Shown: positions 1 to 10,591 of the stretch, piece by piece
Position numbering within the stretch: the stretch's first letter is position 1
Layout: each line of letters starts with the position of its first letter
DNA from: a virus
Taxonomy: Duplodnaviria > Caudoviricetes
Virus record (IMG/VR): IMGVR_UViG_3300011438_000023
Location: 1 to 39,492 of that record
DNA length: 39,492 bases
Reading direction: 5' to 3' (one strand)
Notes under the pieces: model-generated
Databases searched by the model: none
What the model saw: only the letters and a program-made list of their open reading frames with translations
What the model was told of the DNA's origin: nothing
Position numbers and translations under genes: made by a program

Positions 1-111
1 GACGATGAGCGGCATGGCCTTGGTCGATTCGATCATGAGCACTTGCGCGCCCTGTGTGGCGTTGCGCTGGCTGATCCCGTTGTAGTACGGATCGTATTCG
101 TCGTCGCTCAT
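1..111 (-). CDS. 5' part of a small membrane protein (runs off window start; probably continues at 39492)
   Basis: ATG at 111 overlaps the stop of the upstream gene (ATGA); reads MSDDEYDPYYNGISQRNATQGAQVLMIESTKAMPLIV, open to base 1. Confidence 0.65.
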   Translation of the reverse strand, partial: MSDDEYDPYYNGISQRNATQGAQVLMIESTKAMPLIV

Positions 112-434
112 TTGACAGGGTCCTTGAGCGGATCGAACCCGCCACGAAATACCTTGCCCTCAATGGCGGATACGTCCTTCTCCACGGCGCGCAGTCGAAT
201 CTCATGATCGCTAAGTTGAGCACTGACGGCCACATTATTGTCCACGAGCTTCCCAACATTCATGTTCAGGTTGTACAGGTTGTTGGCCACTGTGAACGAA
301 CCGGCCACCACGGCCATGCCAAGCAATGCCCAGAACCCCCGCTCAAGGCGCGCACCGAACTTGGCACCGCTGATGATGACAGACGCCCCGCCTCGCCCCT
401 TCAACTGCTCGTGCTGTTCGTCGAGGTCGGTCAT
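108..434 (-). CDS. Single-TM coiled-coil protein, holin/antiholin-like (108 aa)
   Basis: True start MTDLDEQ at 434 (ATGA overlap with tailspike stop, GGAGGG upstream); hydrophobic FWALLGMAVVAGSFTV followed by coiled coil DHEIRLRAVE. Confidence 0.65.
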   Translation of the reverse strand: MTDLDEQHEQLKGRGGASVIISGAKFGARLERGFWALLGMAVVAGSFTVANNLYNLNMNVGKLVDNNVAVSAQLSDHEIRLRAVEKDVSAIEGKVFRGGFDPLKDPVK

Positions 435-2599
435 CGCGGCGACGCCCTCCATGCGAAGTCCATACCCCCTCCTCCAGGAGCAATATCGACATTGATGGTG
501 AACTGCGTCGCGGTGACGGTTGAAACCCACCACTTGGTAGTTGCACCCCAAGTAGTCAGCGGCCATGCATGAATCATCTGTGACGACGGGGTGAACGAGA
601 GGCCATGAGAGACAACCATGGTCGTGGCGCCAGCGGCCACCGTGGTCGTCCCGCTGTTCTCGGTCACGAAGCTTATATTCCTCTCAATGATTGAGTCGGC
701 CATGTGCCCATTCGGCACGATGTTGTTTGTGTAGCCGCCCGTGAACGCGTTGTGCGAGCAGTCCACGGTCGCTGAGCCCACATTGATTCCGGTGGCTGCG
801 GTGTTGCCGGTAAGCCGGCAAAACGCCACCTTGCCCTCAGAGGTCACTGAGATGCCGCTCGGCGCCACCGCCCGTCCGCCGCCAGGGTGGCTGATGGTGA
901 CGTGACTGATGTCGAAACCGGCTGCGCTCGCCGTAATCAGGCTATCCGCTGAGGTGCATTCCGCCATCTCAACGCCAAGCACCTTGGCGCGCATGCCGGA
1001 TAACGCAATCTTGTTAGCGAAGTAGAGCTTGGTGCCGCTGACCCTGCAGTCATCCCCGCTCAGCACGATTGTCGGGATCGTGCTCGTGGCCGCAACGGCG
1101 TTGCCGCCCTCGATCCGGTTTTTGCTGCCCGTCAGTTCCGCGAAGCCGCCGGCGAGCGTATCGGATGACACATCAACGATTGCATTCTGGCTGCCAGAAA
1201 GCCGAATGGCGTAGGTCGCGCCAAGCCGGTTGACGTGGCACAGGGCTACCTGGTTGTGATCAGCGTTGATGTCGATGTAGCGCTGCGAGCTGGTGGCTTC
1301 TGTGGTTTCCGCCTCGAAGCCACACCCGATGATCTTGTTTGACTGCGTGTTCGTGTTGCCGTGGATGTAGATGTACGCGGCATCGAAATTGACCTCGAAG
1401 CGCCCGTTACTGATCACACAACTTTGCAAGACGTTGCTTGCGCCGCTCGGATGATCGAAGGCGGGTTTGCCAGTGGTTCCGCAATAACGGATCACGAGCC
1501 CCGTGAAGTCAGACATCACGGCAAACTTCGCCCGGATCGCCGATCCCTTGATGTAGTGGAAGTAGCAGTTCTCCACTTTTGCGGTGCTGAAAGAATCGAG
1601 GCCGAGCGCCGCGTTCACCGTGAAATTGCGCCGGTCAGCCAGCAACACTTCGTCGCGGGCGGAGTCGTCGAAGAAAGACAGGCCGGAAATAATTCCTCCG
1701 CCGCCAGCGGCGAGGTCGGCGGTCGGGCTCACGTAGCGAATGATATCGCCGCTGATGTTGTTGAGCGGCTTGATGTAGGAAGCATTCTCCGTAACGTTCG
1801 GGTTGCAGGTCATGCAGCCCACGAGATTCACGGGGAAAAGGCTTGAGACCGTGATCTGTGATCCGATGCCCCACACGTAGCCCTGATCGTCGGGGAAAAT
1901 AACGGTTCCACCACTGATCGCCGCAACGTCCACCGCTTTTTGAATCGCTACCGAATCATTTGCGATGCCGTTGCCTACCGCGCCGTAGCGGCGAATATCG
2001 AGGGTCTGATGTGCGAGATTATCGGGAGCGACGCTGGCCGATACTTCATTGTCGGTCTGCGGGTAGAGCAGTCCTCCGATCACCGATTGAGTAAGCGTGG
2101 TGCCGCTGTCAATGACGGCTGCCGCTTCCAATTCTCCGTCGCTGTTGATGAACAGATACCGCTCAAGCCATGCGCTGATAGGCGACAACAGGCTATCGCC
2201 CGCCCCACCCGATGAACTCATGGGGAAGCGGATCGCGCGGCCAAGCCCCTCACGCAATTCCTGCTGAACCACAGTAATGCGGTCCAGTTCGTCGTTCATC
2301 ACGGTCGATAGGTTAGGACCGTTCTGCGTAAAGTCAGAAGTGCGGGCGATGGAGGTTTCAGAGAAGATCGTGACGATCTCGCCTCCGGTCATGCCGGAGG
2401 TGAATGTCACGTTGCCGCCTGCGTCTTCCTCAACTCCGCTCACGGTGTAATCGGTGGTTATGGTCTGCGCAGCTCCGTCCACTTCAACCACGAGATCGTC
2501 TTCGTCGAAGATTGGGAAGGTGTATGGAAAGACAGTTTGCGCGGCAGAGGCCACATACTGCGCTCGCCTGCTAACATCTGCGACGTTGTCGATTCCCAT
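431..2599 (-). CDS. Tail fiber/tailspike with T7 gp17-like N-terminal anchor and beta-helix depolymerase domain
   Basis: N-term QTVFPYTFPIFDEDDLVV...DYTVSG...RTSDF...NDELDRI; pectate-lyase-3-like start DIRRYGAVGNGIANDSVAIQKAVD; Asn/Gly/Cys-rich beta-helix-type repeats. Confidence 0.9.
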   Translation of the reverse strand: MGIDNVADVSRRAQYVASAAQTVFPYTFPIFDEDDLVVEVDGAAQTITTDYTVSGVEEDAGGNVTFTSGMTGGEIVTIFSETSIARTSDFTQNGPNLSTVMNDELDRITVVQQELREGLGRAIRFPMSSSGGAGDSLLSPISAWLERYLFINSDGELEAAAVIDSGTTLTQSVIGGLLYPQTDNEVSASVAPDNLAHQTLDIRRYGAVGNGIANDSVAIQKAVDVAAISGGTVIFPDDQGYVWGIGSQITVSSLFPVNLVGCMTCNPNVTENASYIKPLNNISGDIIRYVSPTADLAAGGGGIISGLSFFDDSARDEVLLADRRNFTVNAALGLDSFSTAKVENCYFHYIKGSAIRAKFAVMSDFTGLVIRYCGTTGKPAFDHPSGASNVLQSCVISNGRFEVNFDAAYIYIHGNTNTQSNKIIGCGFEAETTEATSSQRYIDINADHNQVALCHVNRLGATYAIRLSGSQNAIVDVSSDTLAGGFAELTGSKNRIEGGNAVAATSTIPTIVLSGDDCRVSGTKLYFANKIALSGMRAKVLGVEMAECTSADSLITASAAGFDISHVTISHPGGGRAVAPSGISVTSEGKVAFCRLTGNTAATGINVGSATVDCSHNAFTGGYTNNIVPNGHMADSIIERNISFVTENSGTTTVAAGATTMVVSHGLSFTPSSQMIHAWPLTTWGATTKWWVSTVTATQFTINVDIAPGGGGMDFAWRASPR

Positions 2600-5467
2600 T
2601 TAGTTTCCTTCCTCCGGCACGCCCAAGGCGTCTCCGGTTTCATGCTCGAGCGCATCGATGATACGCCGTAAGTAAATGATGTTCTGCCCCGGCAGCAACT
2701 TGCGGATCTTGTGTATGTCGCGACGGGAAACCCCATCGCGACGCATGTCTTCAACCGTCTTGCCAAGGTCGGTGAGCGTTCCCGCATTAGGCCCCGCTGC
2801 TGTTTCCAACCACCCGCGATCCTGATAGCGCGAGGCGCGCGGCAATTCCAGAATGCCAGCCGCTACGTCGTACGGGTCCATGAGATAGGTTGTGAGTCCC
2901 GCGCCGTCGATCGCCTCACGCATCACGGCGCCTGGCGAGGTCTCAATCTCCTGTCCTGAGTTCCACGACTTCGCGGCGTGTCGCAGATACCCAAGGGCCA
3001 GCATGGCCATGAGGCCATTGGCGACCGCAAGGTCACGACGCTGCAACCCTTGAGCTACTGGAATAATCAGCCGGTTGATCGCCGCCATGCCGAAGGACTT
3101 GAACTGAAAGATGGTCTTGGCCAGTTCGCTCGACATGAACAGCGGGGTATCGCCCACGCCCTTGGTCAGCACCGCAATGTCAGCGGACTTGAGGATAGAT
3201 GCCTCGTACTTGAGCGCAAGTTCCTTGTCATCCCACAGATCAGTGCGTGCGCGACGCAACCCATCGGTCTCGCCGTGCTTCTCGAATTGCTTGGCGATCT
3301 TTGGAAGGTCTGATGGGGAGATGCCGATCTGTGCGAGCTGAGAGAGTTTGCGATGGCTGGCATTGCCGCGAATTGCTGCGCGCAGGATCTCGTCCTGCTG
3401 TAGAGCGGAGGCCAAGAACTTCAGTGACGAGTTCCACGTGGCCATACCAGTCACTCGGGTAAACAGGTTCGCCGCTTTGGAGGCGTACTCTTCAGCCGTG
3501 GTCTCGGCATATTCGCCGATGTCACCCAAGGTCGCGCCGCGCGTGTTGAGGCACCAGTCAAGACCAATGCCTAAACGCTTGGCTTCCTCGCGCGTTCCCT
3601 TCCAGGCTTTGAGGTTCGTCGCAAAGACCGCCATGGAGCGAGCGGTACGCGCCATGCCGTACTGAGTCATCAGCCTACCGGCGTCGGCCATGCTGGAGAG
3701 CACCTGACCACCTAACAATCGGACGTAGCTGTAGTTGCGCATCAACCGAGCACCGCGCACCAGCATGGAATCCGGGTCTGCTGGAATGCCAGCCTTGCCT
3801 TGCAGCCTGTCGGTCATGCCCTTGATATCGTCGAGGTCCGATTTCAGCGCTTTGTCGAGCGCCTTTTTCTCCGCATCGTTAGCGGCCTTCGACAACAGAA
3901 TGTCGTACTCGTCGGTGATGTTCTGAATCTCTTGCTTCAAGTCGAGAGAGCCGAACCTGCGCTGCAATTCCAATTGAGGGGCAACGGTGCGAATGTGCTG
4001 CGAGAGCACCTTCTCCAAGTCGTTCTCGAGGAAAGGCTCCAGCACATGATCGGGAATGGCGAGCGTGCGCTCCTTGAGCGGACCAGCCTTGACGGTCAAG
4101 CCTGTGGGCATATCCGTCATGCCGCGCGTGGTTCCAAGGATGGTGCGTGTTACATCGCTCGTGAGCGCCTTGGCTTCCAGCGCATCGATACCCTCAGTCT
4201 TGAACCAGTTGTTAAGCGTGTCTTCCCACGCGGTGCGGTTATTCTTGATCTTCATGACGTTGTACAGACGCGGAAAGTATGACTGAGCAAACGCAGTAAC
4301 CACGTCATCACCTAACAACCCAACCTTTTGCAGTTGCTTTTTCAGCGGGTCCAGCACCTCGGAGCGAATCTGCTTTGCCAAGGCCTGCGCCTCGGGGATC
4401 TTGCTCGCATCGTTTCGCCGTAGAGCGGCTGACACCTCCTCCTTGAACTGCTTCAACTTCACCGGCGTTTGCGTAGCCGCGCGCGTGCGCACCACATACT
4501 GCTTAAAGTGCTCGTCCACCTGAGCCGAGACGCGCGCGATCGGCGCGTCGTACCGCTTTACCAAGGTCTCCACCGCGTGCGCATTGGCGATGAGCTGCTC
4601 GTTCTTCGTGAGCATGAAGGGGATTTCGGCGATGTCCTGCACCACCTGGCGCACGGATTTGGACACCGATGTCATGGTGCGCGCAAGGGGACTGATGCCG
4701 CCCAGGGTGGACTTGGCGATACGCTGACCGATGCCGGCAATGGACTCCTGCGCGAGCGTGGTATCGGCTCCGCGTTGAGCGGCGCCCATGGACTTTGCGC
4801 CCACATCGGCCAGCAGTTCGTCGGGCTCTACGATCTCTTTGTGAATCGCCTTTTCCAGTGAGTCGAAGTCCTTCTTTGGAACCTTCGCGGCAATGGCCCC
4901 AAGAACCCCGGTGGCAATGGCGCCAGCGCCCACGTTGATGAACGACTGCTCGATCGTGCGCGTGTCCTGCAAGCCGTGGAAGGCGAGTTCGGATGCGGTA
5001 TCCACTACCGCCTGCGTGCCGATCATCTTGGAGATGGTGCCCGGCAAGGTGACGCCCTTGGCTACCGGAATGGCCATGCTCGCCAAGGTGGCCGGATCAA
5101 CCACGCCCGCAGCCATGGCGGAAGCAAACCCCCATCCACCGGCATCAGAGATGGTCTTCTGGTCGCGTCGTTCAGAATCCACCCGCTGCTTGATGAACGC
5201 GGTTTCCTCGGGAGACTCCGATTCGAGGAAGCTGCGCCAGTTGTCTTCGTAGCCCTTGAGGTCGTCCAGCACGTCGTATTCAGGGGCCGGCGTGAATTGC
5301 GGAAACCCCCACGTCACTCGGTCGTACAGCGACGACACGATGTTGTTCTGACGTAAGGCTGAGGAAGCCGTGTCCAAAGCCGTAGGTGAGGCGGCTTCCG
5401 TGGGTTGCGGCAAGGCTTGCGGCAACTTCTGCTGGAACTGCTCCTTGGGCTGTAGCAGCGGCATCAC
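2600..5467 (-). CDS. Large internal virion (ejection) protein
   Basis: 955 aa, helical and Ala-rich with GG/GA hydrophobic stretches; occupies the T7 gp16 position before the tail fiber. Confidence 0.8.
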   Translation of the reverse strand: MMPLLQPKEQFQQKLPQALPQPTEAASPTALDTASSALRQNNIVSSLYDRVTWGFPQFTPAPEYDVLDDLKGYEDNWRSFLESESPEETAFIKQRVDSERRDQKTISDAGGWGFASAMAAGVVDPATLASMAIPVAKGVTLPGTISKMIGTQAVVDTASELAFHGLQDTRTIEQSFINVGAGAIATGVLGAIAAKVPKKDFDSLEKAIHKEIVEPDELLADVGAKSMGAAQRGADTTLAQESIAGIGQRIAKSTLGGISPLARTMTSVSKSVRQVVQDIAEIPFMLTKNEQLIANAHAVETLVKRYDAPIARVSAQVDEHFKQYVVRTRAATQTPVKLKQFKEEVSAALRRNDASKIPEAQALAKQIRSEVLDPLKKQLQKVGLLGDDVVTAFAQSYFPRLYNVMKIKNNRTAWEDTLNNWFKTEGIDALEAKALTSDVTRTILGTTRGMTDMPTGLTVKAGPLKERTLAIPDHVLEPFLENDLEKVLSQHIRTVAPQLELQRRFGSLDLKQEIQNITDEYDILLSKAANDAEKKALDKALKSDLDDIKGMTDRLQGKAGIPADPDSMLVRGARLMRNYSYVRLLGGQVLSSMADAGRLMTQYGMARTARSMAVFATNLKAWKGTREEAKRLGIGLDWCLNTRGATLGDIGEYAETTAEEYASKAANLFTRVTGMATWNSSLKFLASALQQDEILRAAIRGNASHRKLSQLAQIGISPSDLPKIAKQFEKHGETDGLRRARTDLWDDKELALKYEASILKSADIAVLTKGVGDTPLFMSSELAKTIFQFKSFGMAAINRLIIPVAQGLQRRDLAVANGLMAMLALGYLRHAAKSWNSGQEIETSPGAVMREAIDGAGLTTYLMDPYDVAAGILELPRASRYQDRGWLETAAGPNAGTLTDLGKTVEDMRRDGVSRRDIHKIRKLLPGQNIIYLRRIIDALEHETGDALGVPEEGN

Positions 5468-7647
5468 TGCGCCCCTTGAGGATGGGCTATCAACCAGGCG
5501 TCAAGGTCCGTGTCCCCAGTAGTGGCGTATTCCTTTCGGATGCGCTCGTTCATCTCCCGAGACTTGCGCGAATACTCGCGCGCTTCATCGATCTTGGCCT
5601 TGGCCTGCGCATCGCGTGCCTCGGTGATCTTCTTGGTGTCGGTGGGGATCGCGTACCGATACGGACGTTTGTCGGGACCAAGCACCACATCCACCGTGCC
5701 GAACTCGTTCACCTTGCCGATGTTCCACTCAATACCACCGGTCGCTGCGGTGTCTGGCGACATGATGATGCGCATGTTGGCAGGGTCGATGCCCAAACCA
5801 GTGGCCACCGCCGCCTTGTCTTCCTGAATCAGCGCGGCGGGGATCTGCGGATACATCACCTCTGGGGCATATGGCAGAAGTTCCGGCTTACCGTTGATGG
5901 TCGAGTATCCCCACTTTCTCTGTACGTCGCGCCACGCGAGGTTGCGAGCGGCCTCGAGGTTTCCACCCGAGAGCGGGAAGTACCGCTCAACCCCAGAGTT
6001 GAAGTCCGCCTGCAGCCCAGCAGAGGGCGTAGGAGCGCCTCCAAAAATGGATTGATCATAGCGGTCGTCGCTGTCTAAACGGTTTTGTAGGTCGCCGGAA
6101 TTTGCGGAGAACGCCTTCTGCGGTCCCTTGAGCTTTTCCGAGTAGAGCGCCTGATACGCCTTGCGCTCAGGTTCGGTCACCTGGTACGTGTTCTTGAAAG
6201 CGTCCTGCACGGCGGCATCGGCTGGCGCTCCCGCAGAGATACCCGCGTTCACCTGTCCCACGTAAGCCTTCAATTGGTCGTCGTCGGCGTAGGTGATTCC
6301 CGTAGCGTTGATCTTTTCAGCCCGGCCTAGGAAGTTCGCTGCCATCACCGAGCCGTCAATGTCGCCGGTGGCAATGACGGTGCGCGCCCACGACATGGCA
6401 TCGGTGGGGAAAACGTTCGTGCGCTGGAGCATGTCGAGCGCGGCGTTCTGCCATTCTGGAGTTCCACGTGGGACACCTGAGACGGCTTCCTTGAAGACCT
6501 TGTCCATCATGGTCTTGATCTTCTCAGGCTTGGGGTCGAGCGGCGTACCGTTTCGCCAAGCATCCAACCCCACCGAAATATCAGCCCCATCCTTGGCACC
6601 ATCCACCCGGGCACGTTCGATCTGCGAGACGTAACCCGCGTAGGCTTCTTCGCTGATAGCCCCCTTGCGGTACAGGCTGAACGCCTGCTGCTCGGCATCC
6701 TCGGAAGGAGTGCCGTCCGCGATATCTTTGTTCAGTGCGGCAATACCCCCCAAGTGCTGGCGCTTGCGCTGGTCTGACATGAGACCAAGACGCTTGCGAA
6801 CCTCACCCTGTATTTCCACACGCGTCTCGTCGTCGAGCGGCATGGTTTCCAATTGCTTCATCGCTGCGGTGCCGGCGAGAACATCGGACTCGAACTTGCC
6901 CAGGATGGAGGACGCAAGGCCGGAGACGCGTTGAGACTGAATGCCCTTCTGTGCAGTTGCGAGGTATTTGCTGCGAATCTCCCGCACCTGCTGCGGAGTG
7001 AACAGCGCCTTGGAGGCTTCCAACGTAGATTGGATCTGACTTTCGAGAGCGGAGAGCGCGACTTCCGGCAGCTCTCCATCCTGGCTGACCTTGCTCGCTG
7101 CGGATTGCACCATGACGTCCAGGCCGTCGAGGATATCTACCCGCTGCTGCTCGCGCTCAACGGAAAGCTGCGCATCGGACACCCGGCGCTTGCCCTCGGA
7201 TGCACGCGACAGGGTGATGAAATCCATGTCCGCTTTGAGGTCTACATCCTCAATCGAAGCGAGCAGCCCCTTGCGGTAGCCTTCCGACTTCGCCTCGTAC
7301 TCGTTGACGTTGGTGGGCGATTCCTGCTCGAGGCGCGCGTAGGTGTCTTCCACATCGACATTAGTGCGCGCGACGTAGGCTTGGCGCGCAGCATCGTTGT
7401 AGGCACTGCCGAAGATCGTCACGCCCTTGATGCCCTTCTTGATCTGTGGGTCGCCAGCCAATCCAGCGGCAGTTCCTTTCTGCGCCGCCTGACGCATGCC
7501 GATATCGCCAGCGATACCAGTGCTCACGTTGGTGAAGTCGCGCAGAAGCTGTGTCAACGACTGCTGTGTATTCGCCTGCTCGCCCAAAAGATCAGCGCTC
7601 TGGCGGCTCTGTGGCCCGACGCGCATGTCTCGATAGCGGGTGGCCAT
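5464..7647 (-). CDS. Internal virion (ejection) protein, gp15 position
   Basis: 727 aa helical Ala/Gln-rich ORF coupled to both neighbours; synteny. Confidence 0.75.
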   Translation of the reverse strand: MATRYRDMRVGPQSRQSADLLGEQANTQQSLTQLLRDFTNVSTGIAGDIGMRQAAQKGTAAGLAGDPQIKKGIKGVTIFGSAYNDAARQAYVARTNVDVEDTYARLEQESPTNVNEYEAKSEGYRKGLLASIEDVDLKADMDFITLSRASEGKRRVSDAQLSVEREQQRVDILDGLDVMVQSAASKVSQDGELPEVALSALESQIQSTLEASKALFTPQQVREIRSKYLATAQKGIQSQRVSGLASSILGKFESDVLAGTAAMKQLETMPLDDETRVEIQGEVRKRLGLMSDQRKRQHLGGIAALNKDIADGTPSEDAEQQAFSLYRKGAISEEAYAGYVSQIERARVDGAKDGADISVGLDAWRNGTPLDPKPEKIKTMMDKVFKEAVSGVPRGTPEWQNAALDMLQRTNVFPTDAMSWARTVIATGDIDGSVMAANFLGRAEKINATGITYADDDQLKAYVGQVNAGISAGAPADAAVQDAFKNTYQVTEPERKAYQALYSEKLKGPQKAFSANSGDLQNRLDSDDRYDQSIFGGAPTPSAGLQADFNSGVERYFPLSGGNLEAARNLAWRDVQRKWGYSTINGKPELLPYAPEVMYPQIPAALIQEDKAAVATGLGIDPANMRIIMSPDTAATGGIEWNIGKVNEFGTVDVVLGPDKRPYRYAIPTDTKKITEARDAQAKAKIDEAREYSRKSREMNERIRKEYATTGDTDLDAWLIAHPQGAQ

Positions 7648-8087
7648 TATTTCTTCTTCTTCCGGCTGGTGCCAAAGTCCACCGCCTGAGCGCCGGCATT
7701 GAGTGCCAGCCCCGCAGACTGAAGATCAGCAGCGGAGCGCACATCTTTCGCAGCACTCTTGAGCAACAGCGAGCGGCGGTTGGTGCGGGCCGAATCGGTC
7801 TGCGAGTCGTACCCGCCTTCCGCTACGCTGTCGATCGCGATGGCTTTGCGGGTCCCCACGGTCGGATCGACTCCGGTTGCTCCCGCCTCTGCGGCCTGAG
7901 CAGACAGTGAGGAAATCAACCGTCGCTTGCGCTCGATCTCCCGATCTCTCGCCGCCGATTGCTCGTCCTTCGCCTGCTCCTTGTACTGGATCGCTTGGGC
8001 CTTGGCCGTGTTCTGCGTCGAGCGGATCTGCGCTCCGGTGCCGATCGCGAGCAGCGAGTAGTAGATGTACGGTGCTGCTTGTGCCAT
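7647..8087 (-). CDS. Small internal virion protein, gp14-like
   Basis: 146 aa; hydrophobic N-terminus, Ala/Gln coiled coil, AQAAEAGATGVD motif; follows the tail nozzle gene. Confidence 0.75.
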   Translation of the reverse strand: MAQAAPYIYYSLLAIGTGAQIRSTQNTAKAQAIQYKEQAKDEQSAARDREIERKRRLISSLSAQAAEAGATGVDPTVGTRKAIAIDSVAEGGYDSQTDSARTNRRSLLLKSAAKDVRSAADLQSAGLALNAGAQAVDFGTSRKKKK

Positions 8088-10591
8088 TACGCGCTCGCCT
8101 CTATTTCGATGTCCAGCGCCAGAATGTGGAACGGCAATGGGTCATCCTGTGAAATGGTTTGCGTCTTCAGTTCGCGGTCCCAGTTGGATGTTTCCTCCAT
8201 TCTACGGATACCGGAGAAAGGTTCCGGCGCTTCGTCGAAGTTGTCGAGGTCGTAGAACGAATCGGCGATGGGACGGCCGTTCAGTTTCAACCCCAAAGAA
8301 TCCTTCACCAACATGTTCAGGCTGATCACGCGCGCCTTGCGCATGTAGGTGGGTCCGTTGCCGAAGTCACCCGATAGCGGCATCGTCGTGATGATGGGGG
8401 AGAAGGCCAGCCCCACCTCGATCAACTCCGCGTCAAATGGCTGTCCGCCAGCAATTGCGATCCCATCACCAGACACAGGGGTGACGTCATCCAGCACAAA
8501 GCCGTCCGCACGCACTCGGCATACCTCTCCGTCCAAGTGATCCAGCCCGGTGATGGCCGAGTCAGCGGGCGAATGAACAATCTGGATAGCGTCGTCGAGA
8601 TAGTAGTCGTCGTCCATGATCTCAAGGTGCAGCACAGGAACCCCGTTGATGCTGCGCTCGACCGCAATCCACCGCAGCTCGTCGAGGCAAGCAACCGCCC
8701 GATACGATCCTTGCGTGGTCCACTGGGTGAACGCTGCCACCTCCTGGGCCCGAAGCGTGTTGTAAGTCGCCATCGTGCCGTCGCCGTTGACGATGAACAG
8801 GTAGTTGGCATCCTCAGACCCCGACCCCTGCCATGCGGCAAGACACTGCACATCGTCAACGAGGTGCTGCGCCAGCACCGTGATTGGGGTGGATGAATAG
8901 TCATCCTCGTCGAGTGTGAACAGGAAATCTCGCAGCACCTTCGCCTGCTTCTGCACAAAGATCGTGGCGCCGTCGATGGACACCGGTTGAATCTCTGCTG
9001 ATCCGTACAGGGTTTGTTTCTCCGGCGCGAAGGTGGTCGGAGTAATCACGCCCTTGGCTTGGCGATGCTCTGCGTCATCGGTGAAGATTTGCAGCACGCG
9101 ACCAGAGAACAGCCCCGTGATGGTGGCCGCATCCAGCGGCGCGTCGAAGAAACCCTCATCGTCCTCCCCGGTTCCAGTGTCGAAGTCGAAAGGGGCGTTC
9201 ACGATCGAACCGAAGCGCGCGTTCTTGAGCGCCTTGCATCCCCCGATGATCGTGCGGCCACCGTGGAATGCGCCCTTGCGCGGCCAGCCACGATTGTGTG
9301 ACCACACCGGCTCCTTTCGTGGAACCCCTGGCGTGGTCTCGGTGACCACAATCGCGTTCGTTGTGGGGCCGGTGATCGGGATTGCAGACGGCAGTATGTA
9401 GGTGTCGGCGGAATCCTCTGCGAGTGTCAGCGTGTACGTGGTGGCCGCGGCGAACACACACGACACGCCAGAGAATCCCACGGTGTGAAGTTTCTGCACC
9501 TCGCGCGCGATGGCATCGGCAGTAGCCGCTTGTGCTGAGGCGGTTGCGCTGCCTGCGTAGGTGATGATTGCGGTTCTCGCACCTTCGATATCAATCTGAA
9601 AGGTATTGCCCTGCACCCACCCGCCACCGTTGAACGAGATGCTATAGACCGCAGGCGTGGGAGTAGGCGATACCGAATCGTTGAAGTCGTACAGCGGGAT
9701 GTTGAGGAAGATGATCGGCTCCACGAGCCACAACCCAGACAATTCTGGATGATTGCGAAACACCCGCAAGGTCTGATGGTCCTCGTGGAAGAACAATACC
9801 TGCGTGTACGAATTGGCCACCTGAACGAAAGGTATCTCTGCCGCTGAGTACGGCATGGGAAGAATCGTGATTGGATCGCCGCTCACTGCGTCCTGATAGA
9901 TTGACAGCGCGTGCTCTGTGAGCACGAGGAAGAATCGCTCTGCGGAGCTTTGCTTGTACGGGAAGATCCGCACGACAGACACATCGGAGGTTTCGCCCCA
10001 CAAGAGGAAGTCCTGCAAGGTCACCACAGCGGTGTCCAGATCGGTAGCGCCAATACGCGCGACACGCCAGTAGCGAGCGGACACTGCGCCAGAAGCCACG
10101 CAGCGATCATTGCGTGGCACATCGTCCACGTAAGAGATGGGCGTCAGGGTGGACCACGCGGCGTTGTCGGTCGAGTACTGGACGCGAAACTCCGTCGATG
10201 CTCCAGAGGATAGAGACAGCCCTATCACATCTGCGAACAGCACCGACATGGCGGACCCAAGATCGTAGTGAATGACGACGTAAGGGTTAATCACCTGAAC
10301 TTCCGTTGTCGTCACTACCGCCGTTTCTGGATCGTTGTCCCGCGCATTGTTCGCGGTGCCGCCATTGGTTGCGGTAGCCGTGGCAGCCGCCTGCCTTGCC
10401 ACAAGCTCATAGGGAAGCGCGTCGCGATGGATCGATCCCGGACGGCGCTTCACTCCGCCCAACGGAACGCACAGCACGTTGCGGCCCACGCTCATCCCTT
10501 GGAAGTACTGACGAATGTCGGTGCGACCGTAGAGCCTCGGGTCCATCACGCCAGAGGTAAAGGAACTCTGCAGATAGTGAATCTTCGGCAT
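8087..10591 (-). CDS. Tail tubular protein B (nozzle, T7 gp12-like) with inserted domains
   Basis: Start MPKIHYLQSSFTSGVMDPRLYGRTD at 10591 (TAATG coupling); NVLCVPLGGVKRRPG and GWPRKGAFHGGR motifs; C-term ISQDDPLPFHILAL. Confidence 0.88.
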   Translation of the reverse strand: MPKIHYLQSSFTSGVMDPRLYGRTDIRQYFQGMSVGRNVLCVPLGGVKRRPGSIHRDALPYELVARQAAATATATNGGTANNARDNDPETAVVTTTEVQVINPYVVIHYDLGSAMSVLFADVIGLSLSSGASTEFRVQYSTDNAAWSTLTPISYVDDVPRNDRCVASGAVSARYWRVARIGATDLDTAVVTLQDFLLWGETSDVSVVRIFPYKQSSAERFFLVLTEHALSIYQDAVSGDPITILPMPYSAAEIPFVQVANSYTQVLFFHEDHQTLRVFRNHPELSGLWLVEPIIFLNIPLYDFNDSVSPTPTPAVYSISFNGGGWVQGNTFQIDIEGARTAIITYAGSATASAQAATADAIAREVQKLHTVGFSGVSCVFAAATTYTLTLAEDSADTYILPSAIPITGPTTNAIVVTETTPGVPRKEPVWSHNRGWPRKGAFHGGRTIIGGCKALKNARFGSIVNAPFDFDTGTGEDDEGFFDAPLDAATITGLFSGRVLQIFTDDAEHRQAKGVITPTTFAPEKQTLYGSAEIQPVSIDGATIFVQKQAKVLRDFLFTLDEDDYSSTPITVLAQHLVDDVQCLAAWQGSGSEDANYLFIVNGDGTMATYNTLRAQEVAAFTQWTTQGSYRAVACLDELRWIAVERSINGVPVLHLEIMDDDYYLDDAIQIVHSPADSAITGLDHLDGEVCRVRADGFVLDDVTPVSGDGIAIAGGQPFDAELIEVGLAFSPIITTMPLSGDFGNGPTYMRKARVISLNMLVKDSLGLKLNGRPIADSFYDLDNFDEAPEPFSGIRRMEETSNWDRELKTQTISQDDPLPFHILALDIEIEASA

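Noticed and set aside
431-2599. Diversity-generating retroelement targeting the tail fiber (as in BPP-1-like podophages)
   Set aside because: No reverse transcriptase ORF and no template/variable repeat pair seen
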